Assembly (NCBI RefSeq): GCF_013122565.1
Contig: NZ_CP053258.1
Reading direction: 5' to 3' (one strand)
DNA: 64,000 nucleotides
Origin: Escherichia coli
GTDB lineage: Bacteria > Pseudomonadota > Gammaproteobacteria > Enterobacterales > Enterobacteriaceae
Below the pieces are notes generated by a model. The model saw nothing but the letters and a program-made list of their open reading frames with translations, was not told the DNA's origin and made no database searches. Within the stretch, counting starts at the first letter, position 1, and each line of letters opens with the position of its first letter. The position numbers and the translations under genes are program-made. This document shows, piece after piece, positions 8,879-21,951 of this stretch.

Positions 8879-11551
8879 CTACAGCAAGCTCTTGACATAA
8901 CTGTCAATGTCGCTGATGTATTTTTCTATTCCTGGAACATCCTTCTCACGAATCAGATGTTCCAGCGTTTCACATAACTGCTTGCCGGGTACCAGATTTA
9001 GCATGGCAAATACGCCTTTAAGACGATGAGCCGTTTGGGCTAACGCAGCAAAGTCACTGGTTGCTGCTTCAGTATACAGCCTCTTAACATCATCCGGTAC
9101 TGTGTCTACAAAGAGCGCATAATAGCCGCTGGCATGGAGTTGCGCATTTTCATCTCCGCCCAGAGGCGATTCTGTCACCTCTTCCTGCGCCAGTTGCACT
9201 TCAATTAATTGTAAGACCGCTTCCTGCATAGCGTTGCTCATATTGAAGTTGACGCACAATTGACCAGGCCCAATTTCCCGTACGCCAGACTCATCATCGC
9301 TTAAAAGCAAGCCAGAGGCAGTAAGATTAGACGGATTATCCGTTAAAAAGATATCATAATCTTGACTAATTAATCTTTCATCGGGTGTGATACAGGTTGC
9401 ACCCCAATTTTCTAACTGGCGAGTGACAATATTCCGAATTTCTGCCGAAGTAACATCCACCATTACGCAGACATCATCCAGTAAACGCTCTTCTTCCTCT
9501 TCAACTTCCGGGTCAGCTGCGAGCATTTTGATATGCACAGAGTAGCGTGTACCAAGCCCATCCCGCGTTTTGATGTTTAAATGACCGCCCAGTTTACGCG
9601 CCAGTTGATCGCTCAGCCAGAATGCCAGCGGGTCCGCCTTGCCATAGCGATCGTTTTGGGTCTGGTTGATAAACGGGAAGTGCAAATTATCCATTTCATG
9701 AATACTTACGCCTTCTCCCGTGTCCAGAATGCGGAACGTCAGGCGGTCTTCGGAGGACTCATCCTGATCAACCTCAAGGGTGATTTTTCCCAATTGCGTT
9801 GAGGTCACGGCATATTGCATCAGTAGCAGCAAAATACGTCGTAAGGCATCGCGATCGCCGCGGCGCATATCGTGTGCTTTCAGATGATTGTTAATCAGCA
9901 GTTGCAGACCTTTACGCTTGATGGCAGGCAACACTGAAGGCACAACTTCATCAATTAAATCCTGCACGGAGAACAGCACCGTCTCACTTTTCCAGCTATC
10001 GTCCGCAAGCATGTTCGCTAACTGTATTTCATCGACCAGCCGCACCAGCACATCTGCCTGATTCGCCAGTTGTTTGCTTTCCGGGGCGTTGAGTTTAGCC
10101 GCGCTCTCCGCCAGGGACTGTGCGGGTTCTTTCAGCGCATCGCCAATGTTTTTCATAAAGGTCATCCGCCCCTGCTGGTTTTTCTCATACAGACGCTGCG
10201 CCTGCTTGAGTTTCTTGTTTACCAGCACTTCGCGATCCTGATCGCGAATAATGAAAATTTGTGTGCGCGGCGCAACCTGGCTGCGGAACATGCGGATCTC
10301 ATACAGCTCGTTATTGATCGTCGCCTGAATAATCCCCTGATGCTGTTCCGCCATGGTGGTGATGTTTTGCAGATTCAAATGCGGCAGCAAATGATCGGCA
10401 ATTTTGTTACTTATGACAGTGCGGTTCGATTCCTGATCGTGAACCAGCAGGCCGAGCGGCAGCAGTGAGACTATCTCTTCATTAATTGCCCGTAAAATGC
10501 GCAATTCGTTATTGACCGCCGTGTTGGGTAGACTTTCTGTACTGCGACTGGAGAAATGGCGGAATGTGGTATAGCCAAATAACGCCAGCGCCAGCAAACC
10601 GATGTTCAGCAGCAGTGGCAGCAGAATGTTTTGCAACGTATCCAGCAATAAGGTGCCATAAGGAACCTGCCAGACCAGGCGCATATCGGTAGAGTTGAGT
10701 GCCGAGGAGATTTCAATCTTCGTACTGTTAAAGTGGATACTGACGCTATCCGTCCCTTCTTTCTCATTATCATTGTTTCCCGTTGCCGTCGCGTCTGGCT
10801 CAAGGCGGAAACTGTCCAGCGGCATACCCGGTGGGATCAAATCATTAATCGGCAGATCAAAAGCCACGACCGTTGCCAGATGTCCCGGCTGGTTGAACGT
10901 GGTACGCAAGGTAAAGTAATGACCGTTCTGCCAGGCCAGGCGGCGCATGTTAGAAAAACTTTCGCGTTCATCGAGGGCGTTGGCCTGTTGCAACATCTCT
11001 GCACGACGTGAATCAACAATGTCACTGACGGTCGATTCTTTAAATCCGGAGGTGAGATCTTTGAGGGGCAGGGTTGAGATCAGCACCAGACTGTTATCCT
11101 GACCATTCAGGTAATACATCGACCACGGTACATTTTCTGCGCCCCACAATGTATCCAGATAAGTGGACATCCGCTGAGTCATCTCAAGCGTTGAGTTGTC
11201 GTGAGAGCCAAAGATTAACGCTTCCGTTTTGCGACGCGGTTTTTCCAGATAGTAGACATCCTGTTTCAGGCGCGTCTCTTGTAAACCTTCGCCGGAGGAG
11301 GGGGAGGTCGTCGCGGCAATGTTGTCGTAGATCTGCCAGGTCACGTAACGCCAGGTATCGACGCGCTTTTGGATTGCGTGGGTAATGTCGACAATCTGGT
11401 AACTTTTATCTTTCAGCCAGGCGTTAACGGCGCTTTGTACCATTACACCCATCGTCACCAGTAACACAATGATCAACAGTAAAAAGAAGCGGGTAATGCT
11501 CCCCGGTAGGAGTGAAAAGCGGGTCGTGGCCGTTGTCTCTTTCTGACGCAT
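8879..11551 (-). CDS. rcsD: phosphotransfer intermediate RcsD (YojN), 890 aa
   Basis: 890-aa ORF immediately upstream of rcsB, N-terminal membrane segment, HPt-like C-terminus. Confidence 0.93.
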   Translation of the reverse strand: MRQKETTATTRFSLLPGSITRFFLLLIIVLLVTMGVMVQSAVNAWLKDKSYQIVDITHAIQKRVDTWRYVTWQIYDNIAATTSPSSGEGLQETRLKQDVYYLEKPRRKTEALIFGSHDNSTLEMTQRMSTYLDTLWGAENVPWSMYYLNGQDNSLVLISTLPLKDLTSGFKESTVSDIVDSRRAEMLQQANALDERESFSNMRRLAWQNGHYFTLRTTFNQPGHLATVVAFDLPINDLIPPGMPLDSFRLEPDATATGNNDNEKEGTDSVSIHFNSTKIEISSALNSTDMRLVWQVPYGTLLLDTLQNILLPLLLNIGLLALALFGYTTFRHFSSRSTESLPNTAVNNELRILRAINEEIVSLLPLGLLVHDQESNRTVISNKIADHLLPHLNLQNITTMAEQHQGIIQATINNELYEIRMFRSQVAPRTQIFIIRDQDREVLVNKKLKQAQRLYEKNQQGRMTFMKNIGDALKEPAQSLAESAAKLNAPESKQLANQADVLVRLVDEIQLANMLADDSWKSETVLFSVQDLIDEVVPSVLPAIKRKGLQLLINNHLKAHDMRRGDRDALRRILLLLMQYAVTSTQLGKITLEVDQDESSEDRLTFRILDTGEGVSIHEMDNLHFPFINQTQNDRYGKADPLAFWLSDQLARKLGGHLNIKTRDGLGTRYSVHIKMLAADPEVEEEEERLLDDVCVMVDVTSAEIRNIVTRQLENWGATCITPDERLISQDYDIFLTDNPSNLTASGLLLSDDESGVREIGPGQLCVNFNMSNAMQEAVLQLIEVQLAQEEVTESPLGGDENAQLHASGYYALFVDTVPDDVKRLYTEAATSDFAALAQTAHRLKGVFAMLNLVPGKQLCETLEHLIREKDVPGIEKYISDIDSYVKSLL

Positions 11552-11862
11552 TCGTGTTTATGACCTGTTAAAACTTCGCGAAGTGATAGGGCAGTATAAA
11601 GGGTACAGTGTGAAATTCCAGACTCTTACCTGATTGATGATTCTCTATTCTCCCGTGATATTTAACATCCTGTATGGGGGGAAATAGATGTACAAGCGCC
11701 ATTTTGCTGTACAAATAACCTACGAAAAGCCCAACGAAATAAATTGCAAATAAACGAAGATTGCTGGAAATTATGCTGATGTTAATTATTTGTGAAATAG
11801 TTAACAAGCGTTATAGTTTTTCTGTGGTAGCACAGAATAATGAAAAGTGTGTAAAGAAGGGT

Positions 11863-11956
11863 AAAAAAAAACCGGATGCGAGGCATCCGGTTGAAATAGG
11901 GGTAAACAGACATTCAGAAATGAATGACGGTAATAAATAAAGTTAATGATGATAGC
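11863..11956 (-). ncRNA. micF: MicF antisense sRNA
   Basis: reverse complement of 11863-11956 reads gctatcatcattaactttatttattaccgtcattcatttctgaatgtctgtttacccctatttcaaccggatgcctcgcatccggtttttttt; divergent from ompC; intrinsic terminator hairpin plus U-run. Confidence 0.95.
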
Positions 11957-12104
11957 GGGAGTTATTCTAGTTGCGAGTGAAGGTTTTGTTTTGACATTCA
12001 GTGCTGTCAAATACTTAAGAATAAGTTATTGATTTTAACCTTGAATTATTATTGCTTGATGTTAGGTGCTTATTTCGCCATTCCACAATAATCTTAAAAA
12101 GTTC

Positions 12105-12180
12105 CCTTGAATTTACATTTTGAAACATCTATAGCGATAAATGAAACATCTTAAAAGTTTTAGTATCATATTCGTGTTGG
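12105..12180 (+). promoter_or_regulatory. ompC upstream OmpR-binding region (repeated tttacattttgaaacatcta / atgaaacatct motifs)
   Basis: repeated TGAAACATCT-like motifs upstream of ompC; classic OmpR C1-C3 arrangement recalled from literature. Confidence 0.7.
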
Positions 12181-12275
12181 ATTATTCTGCATTTTTGGGG
12201 AGAATGGACTTGCCGACTGATTAATGAGGGTTAATCAGTATGCAGTGGCATAAAAAAGCAAATAAAGGCATATAA

Positions 12276-13394
<1,119 letters not shown>

Positions 13395-13412
13395 TCTCGA
13401 TTGATATCGAAC

Positions 13413-13436
13413 AAAGGGCCTGCGGGCCCTTTTTTC
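13413..13436 (+). terminator. rho-independent terminator of ompC (gggcctgcgggccc + T-run)
   Basis: GC hairpin followed by tttttt. Confidence 0.85.
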
Positions 13437-13505
13437 ATTGTTTTCAGCGTACAAACACAGTTTTTTGGTGTACTCTTGCGACCGTTCGCATGAGGATAAT
13501 CACGT

Positions 13506-14561
13506 ATGGAAATAAGCTTTACCCGCGTGGCACTGCTGGCTGCCGCGCTCTTCTTTGTTGGTTGCGATCAAAAACCACAACCCGCCAAAACCCACGCTAC
13601 TGAAGTTACCGTTCTTGAAGGCAAAACTATGGGTACCTTCTGGCGTGCCAGCATCCCGGGCATTGACGCCAAACGCAGCGCCGAACTTAAAGAAAAGATT
13701 CAGACCCAGCTGGACGCCGACGATCAGCTGCTTTCGACCTATAAAAAAGATTCCGCGCTGATGCGCTTTAACGACTCGCAAAGTTTGTCGCCGTGGCCGG
13801 TAAGTGAAGCGATGGCCGATATCGTCACCACCTCGCTGCGCATTGGCGCAAGGACCGATGGTGCGATGGATATAACCGTCGGGCCGCTGGTGAATCTGTG
13901 GGGCTTTGGCCCGGAACAACAGCCGGTTCAAATTCCGAGCCAGGAACAGATCGATGCGATGAAAGCCAAAACTGGTTTACAGCACCTGACGGTCATTAAT
14001 CAGTCGCATCAGCAATATCTGCAAAAAGACCTACCGGATTTATATGTCGATCTCTCCACCGTCGGTGAAGGTTATGCGGCGGATCACCTGGCACGCTTGA
14101 TGGAGCAGGAAGGAATTTCACGTTATCTGGTGTCAGTTGGTGGTGCTCTGGATAGCCGTGGTATGAACGGTGAAGGCCAGCCGTGGCGGGTAGCGATTCA
14201 AAAACCAACCGATAAAGAAAACGCGGTTCAGGCTGTGGTGGATATCAACGGTCATGGGATTAGCACCTCTGGCAGCTACCGTAACTATTACGAACTGGAC
14301 GGCAAACGTCTTTCCCATGTTATCGATCCGCAAACCGGGCGTCCCATCGAACACAATCTGGTATCCGTGACGGTGATTGCTCCGACGGCGCTGGAAGCCG
14401 ATGCCTGGGATACTGGCTTGATGGTACTCGGGCCGGAGAAAGCCAAAGAGGTTGTTCGCCGGGAAGGGCTGGCGGTTTATATGATCACCAAAGAAGGTGA
14501 TAGCTTTAAAACCTGGATGTCACCACAGTTTAAAAGCTTCCTGGTCAGCGAAAAAAATTAA
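13506..14561 (+). CDS. apbE: FAD:protein FMN transferase ApbE (lipoprotein), 351 aa
   Basis: MEISFTRVALLAAALFFVGC lipobox; 351 aa; conserved position next to ompC. Confidence 0.93.
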   Translation: MEISFTRVALLAAALFFVGCDQKPQPAKTHATEVTVLEGKTMGTFWRASIPGIDAKRSAELKEKIQTQLDADDQLLSTYKKDSALMRFNDSQSLSPWPVSEAMADIVTTSLRIGARTDGAMDITVGPLVNLWGFGPEQQPVQIPSQEQIDAMKAKTGLQHLTVINQSHQQYLQKDLPDLYVDLSTVGEGYAADHLARLMEQEGISRYLVSVGGALDSRGMNGEGQPWRVAIQKPTDKENAVQAVVDINGHGISTSGSYRNYYELDGKRLSHVIDPQTGRPIEHNLVSVTVIAPTALEADAWDTGLMVLGPEKAKEVVRREGLAVYMITKEGDSFKTWMSPQFKSFLVSEKN

Positions 14562-14634
14562 TGCGCAAGATTGTTGGTTTTTGCGTGATGGTGACCGGGC
14601 AGACTAAAGGCTATCCTTAACCAGGGAGCTGATT

Positions 14635-15699
14635 ATGAAAAACGCCACATGCTTAACTGACGATCAACGCTGGCAATCTGTCTTAGCCCGCGACCCGAAT
14701 GCCGACGGCGAATTCGTTTTCGCCGTGCGCACCACGGGTATCTTTTGCCGTCCGTCTTGCCGCGCCAGACATGCCTTGCGGGAAAACGTCTCCTTCTACG
14801 CAAATGCCAGCGAGGCACTCGCCGCTGGCTTTCGCCCCTGCAAACGTTGTCAGCCAGACAAAGCCAATCCCCGGCAACATCGCCTTGATAAAATTACCCA
14901 CGCCTGCCGACTTCTGGAACAGGAAACGCATGTAACGCTGGAAACCTTAGCCGACCAGGTGGCGATGAGCCCGTTCCATCTGCATCGGTTGTTTAAAGCG
15001 ACTACCGGAATGACGCCTAAAGCCTGGCAACAGGCCTGGCGCGCTCGCCGTTTGCGCGAATCGCTGGCGAAAGGGGAGAGCGTGACGACGTCTATTCTTA
15101 ACGCCGGATTCCCCGACATCAGCAGTTACTACCGCAAAGCTGACGAAACGCTGGGCATGACGGCTAAACAATTCCGTCACGGTGGCGAAAATCTGGCGGT
15201 GCGTTACGCGCTGGCTGATTGTGAGCTGGGTCGTTGCCTGGTGGCAGAAAGCGAGCGGGGGATTTGCGCGATATTGCTGGGCGATGATGACGCGACATTA
15301 ATCAGCGAGTTGCAGCAGATGTTTCCCGCTGCCGACAGCGCGCCTGCCGATCTGACGTTTCAGCAACATGTGCGTGACGTGATCGCCAGCCTCAATCAAC
15401 GCGATACGCCGCTGACGTTACCGCTGGACATTCGCGGCACTGCTTTTCAGCAACAAGTCTGGCAGGCACTGCGCACGATACCTTGCGGTGAAACCGTCAG
15501 TTATCAGCAACTGGCGAACGCCATCGGCAAACCGAAAGCGGTACGGGCCGTTGCCAGCGCCTGTGCCGCCAACAAGCTGGCTATCGTAATACCCTGTCAT
15601 CGAGTGGTCCGTGGTGATGGCACTCTTTCTGGTTACCGCTGGGGCGTGTCGCGTAAAGCACAACTGCTGCGCCGCGAAGCTGAAAATGAGGAGAGGTAA
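14635..15699 (+). CDS. ada: Ada methylphosphotriester/O6-methylguanine DNA methyltransferase and transcriptional regulator, 354 aa
   Basis: N-terminal Zn Cys cluster (CRPSCRAR...CKRC), AraC HTH, C-terminal PCHRV active site. Confidence 0.96.
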   Translation: MKNATCLTDDQRWQSVLARDPNADGEFVFAVRTTGIFCRPSCRARHALRENVSFYANASEALAAGFRPCKRCQPDKANPRQHRLDKITHACRLLEQETHVTLETLADQVAMSPFHLHRLFKATTGMTPKAWQQAWRARRLRESLAKGESVTTSILNAGFPDISSYYRKADETLGMTAKQFRHGGENLAVRYALADCELGRCLVAESERGICAILLGDDDATLISELQQMFPAADSAPADLTFQQHVRDVIASLNQRDTPLTLPLDIRGTAFQQQVWQALRTIPCGETVSYQQLANAIGKPKAVRAVASACAANKLAIVIPCHRVVRGDGTLSGYRWGVSRKAQLLRREAENEER

Positions 15700-16349
15700 T
15701 GTTGGATCTGTTTGCCGATGCTGAACCGTGGCAAGAGCCTCTGGCGGCTGGTGCGGTAATTTTACGGCGTTTTGCTTTTAACGCTGCGGAGCAACTAATC
15801 CGCGATATTAATGACGTTGCCAGCCAGTCGCCGTTTCGCCAGATGGTCACTCCAGGCGGATATACCATGTCGGTGGCGATGACCAACTGCGGGCATCTGG
15901 GCTGGACGACCCATCGGCAAGGTTATCTCTATTCGCCCATTGATCCGCAAACAAATAAACCGTGGCCCGCCATGCCACAAAGCTTTCATGATTTATGCCA
16001 ACGTGCGGCTACGGCGGCGGGCTATCCAGATTTCCAGCCAGATGCTTGTCTTATCAACCGCTACGCTCCTGGCGCGAAACTGTCGCTGCATCAGGATAAA
16101 GACGAACCGGATCTGCGCGCGCCAATTGTTTCTGTTTCTCTGGGCTTACCCGCGATTTTTCAATTTGGCGGCCTGAAACGAAATGATCCGCTAAAAAGAT
16201 TGTTGTTGGAACATGGCGATGTGGTGGTATGGGGCGGTGAATCGCGGCTGTTTTATCACGGCATTCAACCGCTGAAAGCGGGGTTTCATCCACTCACCGG
16301 CGACTGCCGCTACAACCTGACATTCCGGCAGGCAGGTAAAAAAGAATAA
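15699..16349 (+). CDS. alkB: alpha-ketoglutarate-dependent dioxygenase AlkB, 216 aa
   Basis: MLDLFADAEPWQEPLAAGAVILRRFA; start overlaps ada stop (taATGttg). Confidence 0.96.
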   Translation: MLDLFADAEPWQEPLAAGAVILRRFAFNAAEQLIRDINDVASQSPFRQMVTPGGYTMSVAMTNCGHLGWTTHRQGYLYSPIDPQTNKPWPAMPQSFHDLCQRAATAAGYPDFQPDACLINRYAPGAKLSLHQDKDEPDLRAPIVSVSLGLPAIFQFGGLKRNDPLKRLLLEHGDVVVWGGESRLFYHGIQPLKAGFHPLTGDCRYNLTFRQAGKKE

Positions 16350-16424
16350 AAATAAGAATTATTATTGCTGTGCGCGCGAAGATGTTTAAACTGCGGGCTG
16401 TAATTCATTGTCCGGGTTTTCTGC

Positions 16425-18068
16425 ATGGAACTTCTTGTACTTGTCTGGCGGCAGTATCGCTGGCCATTTATCAGTGTGATGGCGCTAAGCCTCGCCAGTG
16501 CGGCTTTAGGCATTGGCTTAATTGCTTTTATCAATCAGCGCCTTATCGAAACGGCGGATACCAGTCTGCTGGTGTTGCCGGAGTTTCTGGGATTATTGCT
16601 GCTGTTGATGGCCGTCACTCTCGGATCGCAACTGGCGCTCACCACTTTGGGGCATCACTTCGTTTACCGACTGCGTAGTGAATTTATCAAGCGGATTCTG
16701 GATACCCACGTCGAACGCATTGAACAACTCGGTAGCGCCTCGTTGTTGGCGGGGTTAACCAGCGATGTGCGCAATATCACCATTGCTTTTGTGCGTCTGC
16801 CGGAACTGGTGCAGGGGATCATTCTCACTATCGGTTCCGCGGCGTATCTGTGGATGCTGTCGGGCAAAATGTTGCTGGTAACGGCTATCTGGATGGCGAT
16901 CACCATCTGGGGTGGTTTTGTACTGGTGGCGCGGGTGTACAAACATATGGCGACCCTGCGTGAAACCGAAGACAAGCTGTACACGGATTTTCAAACCGTA
17001 CTCGAAGGGCGCAAAGAGCTGACTCTGAACCGGGAACGCGCCGAGTATGTGTTTAACAACCTCTACATTCCTGATGCGCAAGAGTATCGCCATCATATTA
17101 TCCGCGCAGACACCTTCCATCTTAGTGCCGTGAACTGGTCAAACATCATGATGCTGGGCGCTATCGGCCTGGTGTTCTGGATGGCGAACAGTCTCGGTTG
17201 GGCTGATACCAACGTTGCTGCGACCTATTCGTTGACGCTGTTATTCCTGCGTACGCCGCTGCTTTCGGCGGTTGGCGCATTGCCGACGCTGCTGACGGCG
17301 CAGGTGGCGTTTAACAAGCTGAACAAATTCGCGCTCGCGCCTTTCAAAGCGGAATTTCCGCGTCCGCAGGCGTTTCCCAACTGGCAAACACTGGAATTGC
17401 GTAACGTGACGTTTAGCTATCAGGATAACGCGTTTTCCGTTGGGCCGATTAACCTCACCATCAAACGTGGCGAACTGCTGTTTCTGATTGGCGGCAACGG
17501 TAGCGGAAAATCGACGCTGGCGATGTTGTTGACGGGCTTGTATCAGCCGCAAAGCGGCGAAATCTTGCTGGATGGCAAACCTGTCAGCGGCGAACAACCG
17601 GAAGATTATCGCAAATTGTTTTCGGCAGTGTTTACCGATGTCTGGCTGTTTGATCAACTGCTGGGGCCGGAGGGGCAACCCGCTAACCCGCAACTGGTTG
17701 AGAAGTGGCTGGCGCAGCTGAAAATGGCTCATAAGCTTGAGTTAAGTAACGGGCGTATTGTTAACCTGAAGTTATCGAAAGGGCAGAAAAAACGCGTGGC
17801 GCTGTTGCTGGCGCTGGCAGAAGAACGCGATATTATCCTGCTGGATGAATGGGCGGCGGATCAGGACCCACACTTCCGTCGTGAGTTTTATCAGGTGTTG
17901 CTGCCGCTGATGCAGGAGATGGGTAAAACTATTTTCGCCATCAGTCATGATGATCATTACTTTATCCACGCCGACCGCCTGCTGGAAATGCGCAACGGGC
18001 AACTTAGCGAGCTGACGGGCGAAGAGCGCGATGCCGCTTCGCGTGATGCCGTTGCCCGGACGGCATAA
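16425..18068 (+). CDS. yojI: ABC transporter permease/ATPase YojI (microcin J25 efflux), 547 aa
   Basis: N-terminal TM domain, Walker [13 protein letters not shown] signature LSKGQKKR. Confidence 0.93.
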   Translation: MELLVLVWRQYRWPFISVMALSLASAALGIGLIAFINQRLIETADTSLLVLPEFLGLLLLLMAVTLGSQLALTTLGHHFVYRLRSEFIKRILDTHVERIEQLGSASLLAGLTSDVRNITIAFVRLPELVQGIILTIGSAAYLWMLSGKMLLVTAIWMAITIWGGFVLVARVYKHMATLRETEDKLYTDFQTVLEGRKELTLNRERAEYVFNNLYIPDAQEYRHHIIRADTFHLSAVNWSNIMMLGAIGLVFWMANSLGWADTNVAATYSLTLLFLRTPLLSAVGALPTLLTAQVAFNKLNKFALAPFKAEFPRPQAFPNWQTLELRNVTFSYQDNAFSVGPINLTIKRGELLFLIGGNGSGKSTLAMLLTGLYQPQSGEILLDGKPVSGEQPEDYRKLFSAVFTDVWLFDQLLGPEGQPANPQLVEKWLAQLKMAHKLELSNGRIVNLKLSKGQKKRVALLLALAEERDIILLDEWAADQDPHFRREFYQVLLPLMQEMGKTIFAISHDDHYFIHADRLLEMRNGQLSELTGEERDAASRDAVARTA

Positions 18069-18273
18069 TATTACGACGCTGACCTGGCGGACTGCTGCCG
18101 CCAGGTCAATATGCTAAAAATCCCTTCATTTCTAATAACCCTATAATTAATCAACGAAATTATAATGTTTCTAAAATTAGAATATAATTTATAAACATTA
18201 TTTAAATGTTGTTACTTAAGTGTTACCGTTGATGCCGCGCAAATCTCACCTGCAATAAAGCGACTAAAAGTAA

Positions 18274-19932
<1,659 letters not shown>

Positions 19933-19934
19933 TG

Positions 19935-20300
19935 ATGTGCCACATCCGGCATGGTATGCCGGATGTGGCGTATGCTGATAAGACGCGCCAGCGTCGCATC
20001 AGGCAACCGGCTTGGGTGTTAGATGTCGGATGCGGCGTAACCGACTTATTCGACCTACGGGGTGGAGCACTTCACAGCGGTGTAGGCCTGATAAGACGCG
20101 TCAGCGTCGCATCAGGCAACCGGCTCGGACGTTGGATGTCGGATGCGGCGTAACCGCCTTATCCGACCTACGGGGTGGAGCACTTCACAGCGGTGTAGGC
20201 CTGATAACACGCGTCAGCGTCGCATCAGGCAACCGGCTCGGGCGTTAGATGTCGGATGCGGCGTGACCGCTTTATCCAACCTACGGGGTGCCGCACTTCA
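19935..20300. repeat. tandem array (about 3 copies, 113-bp period) of a REP-containing unit (BIME-like)
   Basis: ataagacgcg[c/t]cagcgtcgcatcaggcaaccgg recurs at 19978, 20091 and 20204 (period 113 bp); palindromic ggatgtcggatgcggcgtaaccg units. Confidence 0.9.
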
Positions 20301-20307
20301 CGGCAGT

Positions 20308-20796
20308 TTAGCGAACTACTGCGTTGTCAATTTTCTCTTCCGCCTTCCAGACGCGGTACTTCACATCCACATTGTCTGGCGTATACACCACGATCGGCAG
20401 CTTGCTGTTGTAACGCAGCATTCCGGCATCGCCCAGATACGCGGTGACAAATTTCCTCTCTTTCTTGCCATCCGGGCAGGCCATCATCGTGGAAACCGGC
20501 GAGCTACCTTTATCAAAGACATAATAATCATAGCCCCAGCCTTCCAGCGTTTTGCTTTCCAGCTTCCCGCCGAGACGATGCAAATTACAATCGACTTCCA
20601 GCGTCTGACCGATTAACAGTTCTACTTTCAGGGTAGATTCATCTTCTTGCGGGGTTAACTGAATCACCTGACGCTTCATGCCTTTTTCAGCTTGTGGATA
20701 AGGCGCGATTTTTTCCAGTGGCTGGACGCTCTCTGCCGCCCAGGCGGAAGTGGTGGCGAAAGCGGCAAACAATACTGCAGGTAGAATGGTCTTCAT
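20308..20796 (-). CDS. eco: ecotin serine protease inhibitor, 162 aa
   Basis: [20 protein letters not shown] signal peptide; start trimmed from the 169-aa track ORF. Confidence 0.95.
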   Translation of the reverse strand: MKTILPAVLFAAFATTSAWAAESVQPLEKIAPYPQAEKGMKRQVIQLTPQEDESTLKVELLIGQTLEVDCNLHRLGGKLESKTLEGWGYDYYVFDKGSSPVSTMMACPDGKKERKFVTAYLGDAGMLRYNSKLPIVVYTPDNVDVKYRVWKAEEKIDNAVVR

Positions 20797-21055
20797 TTTT
20801 TTGCTTTCCTTCTTCATTTATAGGTTTTCACCGATGATGTCGCTGAAGGTTAACATATTCATCAGATTTATTAATTTGCTTTATGAATAACTTAAAGAAT
20901 ATTCAGACAATTTTACCTGCTCTTTTAGTGTTAAATTCTGATGAGAGAACAAACCAGCAGAAATATCTCTGGTGAATTAATCGCTATATAAATATGTTTA
21001 TAACCATTAGAAATGTGAGCAAAAGCCCGTTTTTGCCACGCTTCCCGCCACTCTT

Positions 21056-21090
21056 TTGATCCTGCTACAGGTTTTACCCCGATCGGGGTA
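21056..21090 (+). promoter_or_regulatory. napF promoter: FNR-like half-site region (ttgatcctgctaca) and perfect NarP/NarL 7-2-7 palindrome taccccgatcggggta (21075-21090)
   Basis: 16-bp perfect palindrome read directly; centres ~20 bp apart, consistent with the described napF FNR(-64.5)/NarP(-44.5) arrangement. Confidence 0.75.
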
Positions 21091-21203
21091 TGCACCTTTG
21101 ACACAACCTTTTATATCTTAGCGGCCATAAAAATAGCTTATTAGTTGTGTGGTTTATTTGCTCGCTCTCAATTTTCAGAGCGCGTTAATGATGGAAGGTC
21201 AAT

Positions 21204-21698
21204 GTGAAGATTGATGCATCCCGTCGGGGCATACTCACTGGTCGCTGGCGCAAAGCCAGTAACGGTATCCGTCCGCCCTGGTCCGGTGATGAATCTCATT
21301 TTCTGACCCATTGCACCCGCTGCGACGCCTGTATTAATGCTTGTGAAAACAACATTCTGCAACGCGGCGCGGGTGGCTATCCGAGCGTTAATTTCAAAAA
21401 TAACGAGTGCAGCTTCTGTTACGCCTGCGCGCAGGCTTGCCCCGAATCGCTATTTTCTCCGCGCCACACCAGGGCCTGGGATTTGCAGTTCACCATTGGG
21501 GACGCGTGCCTGGCGTATCAGTCAGTTGAATGCCGCCGCTGTCAGGATAGCTGTGAGCCAATGGCAATTATCTTTCGCCCGACGCTCTCCGGGATCTACC
21601 AGCCGCAACTTAATAGCCAACTTTGCAACGGATGTGGAGCATGTGCAGCCAGCTGTCCGGTATCAGCCATAACTGCGGAGTATCTCCATGCACACTAA
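21204..21698 (+). CDS. napF: ferredoxin-type protein NapF, 164 aa
   Basis: multiple CxxCxxCxxxCP clusters; first gene of nap operon. Confidence 0.95.
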   Translation: MKIDASRRGILTGRWRKASNGIRPPWSGDESHFLTHCTRCDACINACENNILQRGAGGYPSVNFKNNECSFCYACAQACPESLFSPRHTRAWDLQFTIGDACLAYQSVECRRCQDSCEPMAIIFRPTLSGIYQPQLNSQLCNGCGACAASCPVSAITAEYLHAH

Positions 21699-21951
21699 CT
21701 GGCAAGTTTGCAGCCTGGTCGTGCAGGCCAAAAGCGAACGAATTTCAGACATCAGCACCCAACTGAACGCCTTTCCCGGCTGTGAAGTTGCTGTCAGCGA
21801 CGCGCCAAGCGGTCAGTTGATTGTGGTGGTGGAAGCAGAAGACAGCGAAACGCTGATCCAAACCATTGAGTCAGTACGCAACGTAGAGGGCGTGCTGGCG
21901 GTGTCGCTGGTTTATCACCAGCAGGAAGAGCAAGGTGAGGAAACACCATGA
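21688..21951 (+). CDS. napD: NapA chaperone NapD, 87 aa
   Basis: 87-aa ORF overlapping napF and napA. Confidence 0.93.
   Translation: MHTNWQVCSLVVQAKSERISDISTQLNAFPGCEVAVSDAPSGQLIVVVEAEDSETLIQTIESVRNVEGVLAVSLVYHQQEEQGEETP

Noticed and set aside
8212-8907. N-terminal extensions in track ORFs (rcsB 231 aa, eco 169 aa, rplY 126 aa, rsuA 263 aa, yeiP 275 aa, lpxT 249 aa, yejF 545 aa)
   Set aside because: The six-frame track reports the longest Met-to-stop ORF; known protein N-termini and internal Met positions indicate shorter genes, and the starts were trimmed accordingly.
19935-20300. Possible CRISPR array, because of regular direct repeats
   Set aside because: Period is 113 bp with no unique spacers, the units are REP palindromes, and no cas genes are nearby; this is a BIME-type repeat.
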